A DNA stretch of 64,000 bases from Chiloscyllium plagiosum (taxonomy: Eukaryota). Below the pieces are notes generated by a model. It was not told the DNA's origin, did no database searches, and worked only from the letters and a program-made list of their open reading frames with translations. This document shows, piece by piece, positions 12,601 through 26,414 of this stretch. A program made the position numbers and the translations under genes. Numbering within the stretch: position 1 is the stretch's first letter; each line of letters starts with the position of its first letter. The stretch spans positions 22,882,618-22,946,617 of the forward strand of contig NC_057719.1 of NCBI RefSeq assembly GCF_004010195.1, written 5' to 3'.

Positions 12601-13619
12601 CCTCTGACCTTGTTGCAAATGGACGCAAAAACTACTGATGAGCTAGACACTTCATGAAAGAAGCACTTGATTTCTCGTACAGACTGTTCAATTTACACAG
12701 CTTCGTTCGTTTTTAAATGCTTGAACTCAAATGTGAGTTCCTGATTACAACTTGTAACAGATGTGATGGTTTTATTCAGTTCACAATAATAGAAAATCGG
12801 TTCCTACGGATTCTGCCAGAGTCAAAGAAATTAGTTAAAAATACTACCACACTTCAAAAGCTGCGTGACACAAAGTTGAAGACGTACTTTCAATGGATAG
12901 CTCTAATATTTCAGAATTCGAAAAGGAGAATCAATGTAGCCATTTTCAAGACAGAAAGATTGATTAGTATTATTCAGATTGTGTATTTCAGACTGGATAA
13001 AAACTGTCCAAGGAAGTTTCAAGAGTAACTTGCATGTTGCATATCATATGTGAGTACAAATAATTAGTTTTATTTTATTAATTATACCAATTCGATCTCT
13101 CCCTATTTCCATCACAATTGGAGGGAAGATATGGGAAAGATTTTCTTTGCTGATAGCAGTAAAACAAATTACCATGGTAATGATTTTCCAAGGATTATAG
13201 CTACTTCTAAAGCTTTGACTGAAATGCTGTACATTTGATATGATCTTCAAATTTTCTGTTAAATAAAGAATACATAATGGGGATCTATTAAACAGAACAT
13301 TACATCTTTCAGATCTACAGGGCAGCTAACTTACAAAAAGCAAAAACATGAGCTTTTCATCATTTCCCAAATCTTAAATCCCTACATTTTTAATTCCATT
13401 TGTGTGTTCATGAATATAAGTGATAACAACATGAGAAAAGCATGCAACAACAAACAAACATTGCCCTGGTTATTTCACATCCTCATAAAATGAAAAGTCT
13501 TTATAGTTCTTCATTAAAGAATTATTTTCTTCCTTTACGTCATACTCTTACATAAGTGTCACCATCATATCCTTAGTGGAAAATTATGAATTCAAGATTT
13601 AGTGTAGCAATTTGAGTAC

Positions 13620-13890
13620 ACAATGCAGGTTATCACTCTGGTTCACTACTGAGTGTGCTGCACAGTTGGAGGCCCAGGTTTCAGATGAATAATTAAATTA
13701 AACTTCTGTTTTCAGTTGCTTTGAGAGATTTCATGGCTCTATTCAAATAAGAGTAATGGACTTATTCCTAGTCACCTGAGCAATATTTATCTCTCAAGAA
13801 TACAGACAATGCAGTCATTATTGCAATAATGTTGTGTGACCTTTCTGTGCACAAATTGGATATCATGTTTCCTCACAACAGTGTCTGTGG
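13620..13890 (+). mobile_element. Deu-domain SINE relic (SacSINE1-like)
   Basis: ACTGAGTGTGCTGCAC...TTTCAGATGA...CAATATTTATCTCTCAA...TGTGCACAAATTGG. Confidence 0.65.
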
Positions 13891-13914
13891 ATTTTTTATT
13901 TGACTTGAAAGATT

Positions 13915-14300
13915 TTATTAATCATTCGTAGGACACTGATGAGACCAGCATTCATTGTCCATCCACAAGTGCCAATGAGAAGATGGTGGGGAACATACTC
14001 CATCAATCAGTGTAACACTTGGAGCATAGAAATACCCACAATGCTGTTAGGAAGAGAAGTCTAGAAATTAGAACCTATGGCAGTAAAGGAACAGTGAAGC
14101 GTTTCCAATTCAGAATGGTGTGTGGCTTGGGGGGGAACTCGCAGCTAACGATATTCCCATGCATTTACTATCCTTGTCCTTCCAGGTGGTAAATGGTTAC
14201 ATGTTTGGAAAGTATTGTCAGGTTGTTGCACTAAATGTCGTCAATAATACACATATCTGCTATTGTGCCATGATGGTGGAGGGAGAGAATGTCAACCAAT
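13915..14300 (-). mobile_element. Second-family LINE 3' end
   Basis: Reverse-complement similarity to 5610-5905 and 43500-44225. Confidence 0.65.
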
Positions 14301-16070
14301 AGGAATTGGCCAATAACCAGGTCAAAAAGAAAATTACAGGACTGCAGAGGAAAGGAAAGAGAGTTGTTGTCGTAAAATTAATAAAACTCAAATTTAGCAG
14401 CAAGTCAATCAAATTTATTAAATCAAAAGCTTTTGGAAGGGGCAGCGTGATTCTGACTCAACCGTGGGAGTTGACCATGCCCTCTCTCCCAGAACAACAG
14501 GTACAGCAGTTTTTATAGTCTGGATGATGTGTACAACAAAAGCCCCAAAAAGAAAATTACAAGATTGTCGAGAAAAGGAAAGAGAGTGAAATTAAGTTAG
14601 CTGCTTTTCAAAAAGAAATGTAGACACACTAGGGTAAATGGTCTTCTACTGTAAACGTTTAATAATCCAATGACAAACTAAGGTAGGGGCTGAGTCAAGC
14701 GATGTCTCAGAGGATTTTCAAAGTAGTTTTGATCAAAGAGAACACCTATGTTAGATCCGTCTGGTACAGCTGTAGATAGTTGCCATAAACTTGATATCTG
14801 GGAATTTGAGCTCAAAGAATGTGAGACGTAACTGCAAACCCAGTTGATTAGACATTGACTGTGCAGTTGCTTAAGCAGATGTAGGCATCAATAACAATTC
14901 AAATAGCACTAGCTACACATTATAATAATATTGAAATAATAATGACAGTTGATCAAAGAACTCATTGTTTAGGAAATGTTCAATAAAATATTGAAAAGAA
15001 AATAATGAACTGCTGCCAACAACGTTCTTAAGAGTTTAGCATTTTTTAAAAACCCTGCATGACAATAGATTGCAAACTGTTTAACGGCAATGGTGTGGGT
15101 TGTAGAAAATCACTTCATTTATTCTGCTTGGAGAGGGCAGGAAATATTGAGACACAGACAGCAACTGACAGGGTTATATTTTGTAATCTAAACAAGACCC
15201 AGCAATGAAATGTGCTGAATGAAATCAATTAAATCAGTGGAATTCACAGGGTTCCAGCTCAATTACTTGACTGGGTAAAGATGGAATTTAATGTATTTAA
15301 ATATAAGGCGATATAAACTGGCACAAGAAACTTGTAAGCAGTGCTAGAAGCCCATTGAAAACGCTTGAACACAAAGGTCTGGGATCTGATTACCGACCCA
15401 TGCAACTGTTAGTGAGGTTAGTCAAGTATCCTATCCATTTCATATTGAAAGTGAAATTAGGAATACTATGAGCAATTTCTTATACTCTGCCTTTAAAAAT
15501 GCAGTGGGGAGAGTTTAGAGATAAACTACAAGGATAATACTGAGTAATAAGCGAGGGCTCACAGAACTTAACTTATTCTCACTGAAGAAAAGGAGATTAA
15601 GATGGGTCATCTCAAGTAAGAAGGTTATTCAATTTAAACTGTGTGCTCAGAGCTGGAGGTGATTGGAGATTGTTGAGATTTCAGCATCGAAAAGAGATTA
15701 AAGGAATCCTTATTTTGTCACAGAATAGGAGTAGAAATGTTGAGCAGAATCTCATCAAATGTAGGTAATGGTCTGTCAATCAACTTCTTTCACCGAGTTC
15801 CTGATAAATAGGATAACAGAGGTACTGCACATTCCCGCAACAAGAACACACATAGACATTCAAACATTTCATGAAATACTTTAAGCCCCAACCTTCTGAA
15901 ACTATGGCACCATAGAAAACTATGAATCCGAGTTGAATATAATGCATTGTATGGTTAGATTGCAAGCCTGAGATTTCACTCTGTTATTTTCAAGGATCAT
16001 TTGTACCTTGCTGAGATGGAAGTTCTTCATCTCAAGGAGAATAGTGTCAAAATCCACAGTGAATAAATTC

Positions 16071-16367
16071 TCGGTGGCTCAGTGGTTAACACTGCTGCCT
16101 CACAGCGCCAGGAACCTGGGTTTGATTCCCACCTCGGGCGATTGTCTGTGTGGAGTTTGTACATTCTCCCCGTGTCTATGTGAGTTTTCTCCGGGTACTC
16201 CGGTTTCCTCCCACAATCGAAAGATGTGCAGGTGGTGAATTAGCCATGCTAAATTGCCCATAGTGTTTGGTACATTAGTCAGGTCTGGATGGGTTACTCT
16301 TCGGAGGGTCAGCATGGACTTGTTGGGCCAAAGGGCTTGTTTCTATACTGTAGGGAATCTAATCTAA
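16071..16367 (+). mobile_element. HE1-type V-SINE
   Basis: tRNA head, V domain and ATCTA tail. Confidence 0.93.
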
Positions 16368-16483
16368 ATGAGTTGAATAAATCACATAGATATGTTGTGG
16401 GAAAAAAAAATCACAGATTGTAAAGAAAGATAATGCATCTACGCAATGCTTTTCACAATCTCAGTGTAGTTTAGTAGTGAGGT

Positions 16484-16612
16484 GAAAGTGAGGACTGCAG
16501 ATGCTGGAGATTAGAGTCAAGATTAGAGTGGTGCTGGAAAAGCACAGCAAGGCAGGCAATATCCAAGGAGCAGGAAAATCGACGGTTCGGAAAAACACCC
16601 TTCATCAGGAAT
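16484..16612 (-). mobile_element. PLE-B pLTR fragment with degenerate HHR (16581-16608)
   Basis: Matches 8132-8258. RC reads CTGATGA-AGGGTGTTTTTCC-GAAC-CGTC. Confidence 0.85.
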
Positions 16613-16619
16613 CTTAGTG

Positions 16620-17560
16620 GTTGACCTGGGAATTGCTACTATAATGGGTCTGTAGCAGGTAGTTAAAGAACCAACAAGAGGATTCAACCAACTTGACATC
16701 ATCCTCACCAATCTACCTGTCACTGATACATCTGTCTGTGGCAGTATTGGTTGAAGTAACTACAGCTAAATCCTTTTGGAAGATGATCCATCTTTACATT
16801 GAGGGGAGGTCATGAGTGAAACAGCAGTAGCACATTTGTAGACAAGCAAAATCTTTAAATTTGTGAGCTCATACATCCCCCACCCTATCATTGCCATCAA
16901 CCCTGGGTGATCAGCCATGATTCAATGAAGAGTGCAGGAGGCCATGCCAGAAGGAATGTCCCACATTAACATGAGGTGTCAACTTGGTGAAGGTGGAGGA
17001 CTATCTGCTTGCCAAACAGTGGAAGCAGCGTACGATACATAGGACTAAATGATCCCACAACAAATGATTCAGATCTAAGCTCTGCAGTCCTGCAACATCC
17101 AGTCATGAAAGGATGACAAATAAACAACTAACAAGTGGAGAAGACAACACAAATCCTTAGTGATGGGGAGCCCAGCACATCAGTACCTAAAAAAGGCTGA
17201 AGCATCTGCAAGTCTCTTCAGCCACAAACATTGAGTGGATCACCCACTTCCAATTACTGTCTTTCCAAGAGCAGGCCAGATGGGAATTTTATGAGAAACT
17301 CAACTCCTGACTCCTCAAGGCTTGTCACTTGTTACAATGCACAAGTTAAGAGTACAATGAAATACTCCCCATTGCCTGCATGAATGGAGCATCAACAACA
17401 CTGAAGAAGCCTGGCACTTTATACAAGAGCAACCACTTGATTGGCACCCCATCTAATATTCAATATTCATTCCATCAATATCAATGCACAATGGCACCAA
17501 TCCATCCACAAGATGCACTCTAACAACTCACTAAGTCCCCTTTGAAAGCACCTTTCCAAT
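16620..17560 (+). mobile_element. Degraded internal portion of the second-family LINE
   Basis: Its end overlaps in sequence with 43330-43600. Confidence 0.6.
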
Positions 17561-18709
17561 TCAGTCTCTTATTATCTTTTACGCCTAACTGAGGGGATAA
17601 TTTCAGCATATACTCTATAAATTTGATTGGTTTTCATCTTTGTATTGTTAAATATGCACCTGAATTATAATAGGTAAACAAGATTTTAAACTATTTGTAA
17701 ACCTGACCAAAGCCATGAATAAATTATACTCCAACTCAACTTCTGACTCAGTTTGACTCAAGATAATAAGTCTCTATAACCAGATAGTCAATTTTATTCA
17801 ACTTTTAAAACTGAACAATGTACATGATGGGACAGATGTCAGTAAACTCAACTTTTTACATTTTGAAAAATAATTTATCTGTCAAACTCAGATGCTGTTG
17901 GGAAAAGTAATGTCGCCAAAATTGAATTATAAAAGAAAATCTTCCTTTTTCCAAAAATAAGAAACATTTTCTTTATAGTAGTCAAAACCTATAATTAAGA
18001 TTTTATTAGGACCAGGTATGTTCCACATTACATTAATTAATCCTAACTAGTAAATGTGAACTTGGAAAATTGAAATAGTTTTATCATTACCCAAATTTCC
18101 CATGTTGATGGATGGATGAAAAGTATTGATAAAGCAGCCTTTTATCAAGCTATCATAAAACTAAGATTAAAGTGCATTCATTGTCAGTCCAAACTTATTA
18201 AAATTAATTATACTTTAACATTCTATTCCTATCACACTGACAAATTATCACAGTACAAATACATCTCAATCAATAACAGATTTCAGGTTTTCAAGTAGTG
18301 CCTTTAATATTTGTTTTATAACTATAATCTTGGTAAGTTTCACAGTTCATTACTCTTAATCCTAATAAATGAATTCATATAAAGCAGAAATGCTTTTATT
18401 CTTGAGCAATGTTTTCTATCCATTTTCCTAAAATGAATTAAATATGGGTTTAAGGTGCAGTTAGTCAGACACTACCAGCCCTCTCTTATGTGACTATAGA
18501 CTTATTATGATCCTCAAAGGTGATTATTAGATTGTGCAATTTTGAGAGGATAACATAGTCAGTACACATCCCATCCCTAATACACCACAGCTTGTCCCCC
18601 TGCATGTTACACTGGCAAAATGTCCACTGGTACCCTTTAGTGGGGTCAGTGAGAGGGCATCATATTTAGAAATAAAGATACAACTATTATAGCTGTTTTT
18701 CAAAATATA

Positions 18710-19040
18710 TTCATTCACAGGATGTGGTGCCAGTGGCTAGGCCAGCATTAATTGTCCATCCCTAATTACCTAGAGGACAGTTAAGAAAAAATGGGTCTGG
18801 AGTCACATGTAGGCCAGACCAGGTAAGGATGGCAGTTCACTTCCGAAGGACATAAGCAAACCACATGGGCTTTTCCTGACAATCAACAATGGATTCATAG
18901 TCATTATTAGACTCTTTATTCCAAATTTTGTTTTACTGAATTCAAATTCTACAATCTGCCTCGACAGGATTTGGATCAAGGTCCCCAAAACATTATGCAG
19001 GTCTCTGAATTAACATTCCCGCAATAATATCACTAGGTAA
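18710..19040 (-). mobile_element. tRNA-derived SINE with a MER131/Meta-like central domain and the second-family LINE tail
   Basis: RC contains CCTTACCTGGTCTGGCCTACATGTGACTCCAGACCCA. Its tail (GGATGGACAATTAATGCTGGCCTAGCC...GTGAATGAAT) is shared with 44160-44220. Confidence 0.6.
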
Positions 19041-19239
19041 TTCTCTCCCCAAGTCTTGAGTTTGGATATCTATCAAGCCTACCTTGTAAAACTTTAATCA
19101 CCAACCTAGAACCTATCTGGAAATAGTGCCCTGGAAACACCACCGTCCCCACCTTCCTCCCTTTCCAATATCCTTTTTTCTTTTTTTTCTCTCTTCAGTC
19201 CTTTATCAAATGAGCTAAACCTTTCAAAAGTGGTGCCAG

Positions 19240-20670
19240 AAGGCAGAGTACTCAGCCCTCAACTACACTCCTTATACACTCATGGCTGTGTGTGCCAAAT
19301 TCCATCCCAACTCCATTTACACGTTTGCTGACAATACCACCGTTATTTCAAACAACACGACAGAGTACAAGAAAGAAATAGTGTGTTTTTTTTATGGCAT
19401 GGTGTTAAGTCTCTCCATTAATGTCAGCAAAATGAAAGAGCTGGTCATTGACTTCAGGAAGTGGAGTGGAGGGCACACTCCTGTCTGCATCAATTGTGCT
19501 GAGGTGGAGATGGTCAAGAACGTCATGTTCCGGTGAATGATGATCACCAACAATCTGACCTGGTCCACCCATGTCATGCAATGGTCAGTATGTCCACAAG
19601 GACTTTTCTTATAGATGCACCATTGAAAGCATTTTATCTGGATACATCAAGGTGTTGTATGACAACGGCTGTTCCCAGGACAACAAGAAATGACAGAGAG
19701 CCATGAACACAGCACAGTCCATCCTGCAAAGCAGCCTTAAATCCATTGACTTAATCTATACTTCTTGCTGCCTTGGGAAAGCAACCAACATAATCAAAGA
19801 CCCCTCCTACTCCAGTTATACTCTCTTACAACCTCTTCCGTTGGGCAGAAGATATAAAAGTTTATATGCACGTATGATTAGATTAGATTACTTACAGTGT
19901 GGAAACAGACCCTTCGGCCCAACAAGTCCACACTGACCCGCCGAAGCGCAACCCACCCAGACCCATTCCCCTACATTTACTCCTGCACCTAACACTACGG
20001 GCAATTTAGCATGACCTGCACATTTTTGGACTGTGAGAGGAAACCGGAGCACCCGGAGGAAACCCACGCAGACACGGGGAGAATGTGCAAACTCCACACA
20101 GTCAGTCGCCTGAGGCAGGAATTGAACCCGGGTCTCTGGCGCTGTGAGGCAACAGTGCTAACCACTGTGCCACCATGCCGCCCACAATGATTTGTTATGT
20201 GGAGTTTAGTCAGTCGAAAATGGCCTGGCAAAGTGGCCTTGCTTTTCCCCTCTCCAAAAGAAATAAGGCAGTAATTCCATTAATCTAAACCACACTGAGA
20301 TGCAGTGATACATTTCCAAGCTCTTTTGATGTGACACGTTTTTGTGACATGTACAGTTTTATAGATGTATTTACTTTAGGGGAAGGGAATTGGTTAAGGA
20401 AGTGTTCACTTTTCCAGAGGACAATGTATGAACAGATTCAAGAACAGCTTCTTCCCAACCATGATTAGACTTCTGAATGAACTTCTCAAATTTTAAAGGT
20501 TATTGGTGCTCTCGTTCTCTGTGCACCTTTTCTGCAGCTGTAACATTATATTCTTCACTCTATTTTATTACTCTAATATGCTTTGTATTGTGTGATCTGC
20601 CTGCACTGTATGCAAAGCAAAACTTTTCACTGTACCACTGTAACTTTTCACTGTGGCAATAATAAATCAA
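19240..20670 (+). mobile_element. Rex1/Babar-like LINE 3' portion, split by an insertion at 19878-20425
   Basis: NSIYTFADNTTV...KMKELVIDFRK and IIKDPSY..LPLGRRYKSL motifs. The element resumes at 20431 (AACAGATTCAAGAACAGCTTCTTCCC) and ends in a CAATAATAAATCAA tail. Confidence 0.8.
19878..20185 (-). mobile_element. HE1-type V-SINE
   Basis: Near-identical to the copy at 11176-11474. Confidence 0.95.
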
Positions 20671-21619
20671 AACATTGGCCTGTACCTCTGCATTTAGTGG
20701 TGTTCCAATCTGATAGCAGCTCTACCTCAACTTGATAATTATTCAAGAAAACCACAGGCTGCGGGCCAATGCAGGAAAGTAGGACTCATATAAGTAATAG
20801 TGTATTTTTGGCAATACAGATTTAATGGGCTGAAGGGCTTCTTTTGTATCCCATGAGTCTGAGAAGAAACCCCTTGTATGAGTAAGCTTCCACTGCAAGT
20901 TCCTTCCATCTACTTCATACAAGGAAAACCACACCACAGCTTGGAAAACATCTGCATAAATTTCAAACCCTAAATCGCACCATCATTTATGATGCATTGG
21001 TTTTGCATTTTATTGTGGTAATTGACCTATTATAGAAGAGCTCCAGATTGCTAATGGATACAAAAATAGTGAAGAAAACATCTGATTTTCCCAAATGACC
21101 AAAGACCTTCTTCCTCCGAACAGAAAATTTCAGTTTTTCTCCGTAAATGAAAAGTACTTAAGACCGCACATGAGGCAGCATATACAATTCCATGAAGCAA
21201 CAATTAGCTTCCTGTATAAAGGATTAGCCATCAAGCTTTCAGATCTGAAAGAAACAGATGTTTTTGTAATATGTGCTGTGATGGAAATGAAGGATTGTCT
21301 CCATTTAATTGATAGTCAGCAGCAATAATTATTCTACATAATCTTACCAAATTAAAATTTTATTACCCATGTACTCCATCAGTTAACAAAATGTGTTCGA
21401 TTTGCTTAGACAGCACAGAAAATTGGCTCAGCATTAAAATAAAATGAAGAATATGCAAGACATCTTTAGCTCAACCCTTAACAAATAATGGACTATTAAG
21501 TATCCAGTTGGATAAAGCTGATTTATTTTCCTGCACTATTTTCAGTTTCCTGCAATGACTTATATATTGGACAAGATGTCTATTTTAAACACATCTGCTA
21601 TTGACCCTTAAAGAAGATT

Positions 21620-23448
21620 AATGCTTTGGCAAAAAGGGTAAAGGAGAATCCAAAGGGTTTTTACAAATACATTAAGGACTAAAGGGATTACTAGGGAGCG
21701 AATATGGACCCTCAAAGATTAGCAAGACATGTTTGTGTGGAGCTGCAGGAGATGGGAGAGATACTAAACAAGTACTTTGTATCAGTGTTTATTGTGGGGA
21801 AGGACATGGAGGATACAGAATGTGGGGAAATAGATGGAGACATTTTGAAAAATGTCCATATTATAGAGGAGGAAATGCTGGATGTCTTGAAACACATAAA
21901 AGTGGATAAATCCCTGATCAGGTGTACCCTAGAACTCTGTGGGAAGCTAGAGAAGTGATTGCTGGACCCCTTGCTGAGATATTTGTATCATCAATAGTCA
22001 CAGATGAGGTGCTGGAAGACTGGAGCTTGGCTAATGTGGTACCATTATTTAAGGAAGGTGGTAAGGACAAGTCAGGGAGTGATAGACTGGTGAGCCTGAC
22101 GTCGTCGTTGGAGGGAATTCTAAGGGACAGGACTTACATGTATTTGGAAAAGCAAGGACTGATTAGGGATAGTCAACATGGTTTTGTGCATGGGTAATCA
22201 TGTCTCATGAACTTGATTGAGTTTTTAAAAAAGTAACAAAGAGGATTGATGAGGTCAAAGTGGTGGACGCGATCTCTATGGAGTTCAGTAAGGCGTTCGA
22301 TAAGTAACATGGGATACTATTAAGTATCCAGTTGAAAGACTGGTTAAATCTCATGGCATACAGGGAGAACTAGCCATTTGGATACAAAACTGGCTCAAAG
22401 GTGGAAGACAGAGGGTGGTGGCAGAGGGTTGTTTTTCAGACTGGAGGCCTGTGACCAGTGGAGTGCCACAAGGATCGGTGCTGGGTCCACTACTTTTCGT
22501 CATTTATATAAATGATTTGGATATGAACATTGGAGGTACAGTTAGTAAGTTTGCAGATGATACCAAAATTGGAAGTATAGTGGACAGCCAAGAAGGCTAC
22601 CTTAGATTACAACTGAGTCTTGATCAAATGGGCTGAGAAGTGGCAGATGGAGTTTAATTCAGATAAATGCGAGGTGCTGCATTTTGGGATAGCAAATCTT
22701 AGCAGGACTTATACACTTAATGCTAAGGTCCTTGAGAGTGTTGTCGAACAAAGAGACCTTGGAGTGCAGGTTCATAGCTCCTTGAAAGTGGAATCACAGG
22801 CAGATAGGATAGTGAAGAAGGCATTTGATATGCTTTTCTTTATTGGTCAAAGCACTGAGTATAGGAGTTGGGAGGTCATGTTGTGGCTGTACAGGATGTT
22901 GGTTTAGCCACTTTTGGAATATTGCGTGCAATTCTGGTCTCCTTTCTCTAGCAAGGATGTTATGAAACTTGAAAGAGTTCAGAAAAGATTTACAAGGATG
23001 TTGCCAGGGTTGGAGCATTTGAGCTGTAGGGAGAAGTTGAATAGGCTGGGGCTGTTTTCCCTGGAGCGTCAAAGGCTGAGGGGTGACCTTATAGAGGTTT
23101 ATAAAATCATGAGGGACATGGAAAGGGTAAATAGACAAGATCTTTTCCCTGGGGTGCGGGAGTCCATAACTAGAGGGCATTGGTTTAGGGTGAGAGGGGG
23201 AAGATATAAAAGACACCTAAGGGACAACTTTTTCATGCAGAGAATGGTGTGTGTATGGAATAAGCTACCAGAGGAAGTGGTAGTGGCTGGTACAATTGTA
23301 AAATTTAAAAGGCGCCTGGATAGGAAGTGTTTAGAGGGATATGGGCCAAATGTTGGCAAATGGGACTAGATTAGTGGGATATCTGGTTGGCATGGACGAG
23401 TTGGACTGAACGGTCTGTTTCCATGCTGTACATTTCTATGACTCTATC
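21620..23448 (+). mobile_element. CR1/HER1 LINE RT region through 3' tail
   Basis: [39 protein letters not shown] and RLRGDLIEVYKIM motifs, followed by a CTATGACTCTAT tail. Confidence 0.96.
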
Positions 23449-23789
23449 TCTCCCTACGCTTTGTTCCAAATGCTGGTGACTTCATTATGGCAGGAGGTGA
23501 GTTGCTGGTTCAAGTTTCCTGGGTTCTCATATGCTCTTGTTGTACTTACATGGCTAATCCAGTTCAGTTTCAGGTCAAAATGTTAACATTCAGTGATGGT
23601 AATGCTATTGAATTTCAAGGACAACACTTTGATGTTACAATTCTCTCTAGCTAGAGCTGAAACATGATAGTGTCCTGATGTTGCTGCATTCAGATATGGA
23701 TTGCGTCAGTATCTGAGAAATTGGGAATGATGTTGAACATTGTGCAATCATCAACAAACATCTCCACTTCCGATCTTATGATGATAAAT

Positions 23790-26414
23790 GAGCTCACAGT
23801 GCAGATTGAAATTGGAAAGTATGTTGCTGTGCATATCATAGAGAAGTGGATGCAAATCAGGGCTGGAAGCTAACTATCCAAGGATACACATGTCATTTCA
23901 TAAAGTCAGGCAGATGGACAAAAGGTTGCATTGTTAGTAAGAAATGAAATTGAATTGATAGCAAGAAATGATATAGGGCCAGAAAGCATTGAATCTCTAT
24001 GGGTAGAGTTGAGGAACTGCAAAGGACAAAAAGACCCTGAAGGGAGTTGTGTACAGACCTCCAAGCAGGAGATAGGATGTGGGAATAAAAATAAATCAGT
24101 AGATAGAAAGCATGTAAGAAAGTCACTAACATTATAATTGTAGGAGACATTGATATGTAAGTGAACTGGGAAAATTAGCCTGGCAGTGGATCTCAAAAAA
24201 GGATTTTGTGCAATATCTATGTAATGGTTTTTTTTGGAGTAGTTTGTGGTAGAGCCCACTAGACAATAGGCAATTCTGGATTTGGTGATGTGTAATGAGG
24301 AAGATGATTAGCGAGCTTAATGTGAAGGAACACATAGGGGCTGGTGACCACAATATGATAGAACTCACCCCACAGTTTGAGACGGAGAAGATTGAATCTG
24401 ACATAACAATATTAAAATTGAGTAAATGTAACTACAACGACATGAAAGAGATGTTGGCCAAGGTTGATTGGAAGGAGAACTGAGTAGGGATGACAGTGGA
24501 CCACCAATGGCAGGAGTTTCTAGGGTTGTTCAGGAGGTGCAGCAGAAATTCATTCCAAGGAAGAAGAAACATACTAAGTGGAGAATGAGGCAACCAAGGC
24601 TGACAAGGGAAGTCAGGGACAGTGTAAAACCTAAAAACAAAGCTTGCAATGTGGTGAAGATTAGTAAGAAGTGAAAGGATTGGTAAGTATTTAAAAGCCA
24701 GCAGAGCTTTGCTAAAAAAAAGGAGAGGGAAATGAAAAATGAGAGTAAACTAGTTGGTAATATAAAAGAAGATTGTAAGAGAATTTTTAGATATCTAAAA
24801 GTTAAGAGAGGCAAGAGCACACATTGGGCCACTGGAAAATGAGACTGGAAAAGTAGCATTGGGGAACAAAGAAATGGCGGAGGAACTGAACAGGTATATT
24901 GCATTAGTTTTCACAAACAGCATACCAGAACTTCAAGACAGTGGGGACAGAGGTGAGGGTCGTGGCCATCACACTAAGGAGAAGGTGCTGGGGAAACTGA
25001 AAGGTGCATAAATCATCTGGATCAGATAGGCTACACTCCAAAGTTATGATCAAAAAAGCTGAGGAGATTGTAGAGGCATTGGTGGTGATTTTTCAGGAGT
25101 TACTAGAGTCAGGCAGGGTCCCAGAGGAATGTAAAATGGCTAATGTAACACTCCTTACAGAGAGGCAGAAGACAAGATATTTTACCTTGGCTAGCCTGGT
25201 CATAGGTAAGAATTTAGAGTTATGCCTGATAAACTTGCTAGAATTATTTGAGGAGGCAACAAGCAAGTTAGAGAAAGGAGAACAGTGGACATAATTGACT
25301 CAGAAGGCCTTTGACAAGGTGTGACACAGGAGACTGCTTAATAAAATAACCCATGGAGTTCAGGGCATGGTATTGGCATGGGTAGAGGATTGGCTGGCTG
25401 GAAGAAGGCAGAGAGTAAGGATTAAAGGGCCTTTTTCAGGTTGACCGCTGGAGTTCTGCAAAGATCAGTGTTGGAACCACAACTATTCACATTATATATT
25501 AACGATTTGGATGAAGTAACTGAAGGCCTTGTTGTCATGCTTGTGGTTGACAACAAAGATAGCTAAAGGACAGTTAGTATTGTGGAAGTGGGGAAGCTGC
25601 AGAAGTACTTGGACAGGCTAAGAGAGTGGATAAGGAAGTGGCAAATGGAATACAATGTGGGAAGATATGAAGTTATGCACTTTGATATGAAGAATAGAGG
25701 TTGGAATGGAGAAAGGCTTCAGAAATCCGAAAGACAAAGAGACTTAGGAGTCCTAGTCAGGTTTCTCTTCAGTTTAGCATACCAGGTTCAGGTGGCAGTT
25801 AGAAAGACCCGTGCAATGTTAGCATTCATTTTGAGAGGACTAGAATACCAGTGCAGAGATGTACTGCTGAGGTACTGGTCCAACTACATTTCAAATGTTG
25901 TAAGCAGTTTTGGACTGTGTGTCTAAGGAAGAATGTACTGGTGTTGGAAGGTGTCCAGAAGAGGTTTACATGAATGATCCTTGGGATGAAGGGCCTATCG
26001 CTATGAGGAGCAGTTGAGGACTCTGGGTGCATGCCCAATGGAGTTCAGAAGGACACAGGGGGATTGGACTAAAGCAGAATACTGACAGGCCTGATAGAGT
26101 GAATATGGAAAATATGTTTCCACTAGTAACAGAGACCAAGATCCAATAGCACAACCTCAGAGTGAAGGAATGATCCTTTCGACCTGAGATGAGGAGTAAT
26201 TTCTTCAACTAGAGGTTAGTGAATTTGTGGAACTGTTTGCTGCAGAGGCCATGTGTTTTAAGACAGAAATGGATAGGTGCTTTATTGGTAATGGGATCAT
26301 GGGTTATGTTGAGAAGACAGGAGACTGGATTGAGAAATGTGACAGTTAAAATCAAATAGCAGAGCATAATTGATAGGCCAAATGGCCTAATTCTGCTTCT
26401 ATAATTATGGTCTT
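23790..26414 (+). mobile_element. Degraded CR1 LINE, endonuclease to 3' tail
   Basis: ESLWVELRN, GDHNMIE and WQMEYNVG motifs. The tail ends in TTATGGTCTT. Confidence 0.9.

Noticed and set aside
12600..13250. CpG-retaining region with 103 aa ORF and a minus-strand acceptor/donor pair
   Set aside because: The putative minus-strand exon has stops in all three frames, and I recognise no protein.
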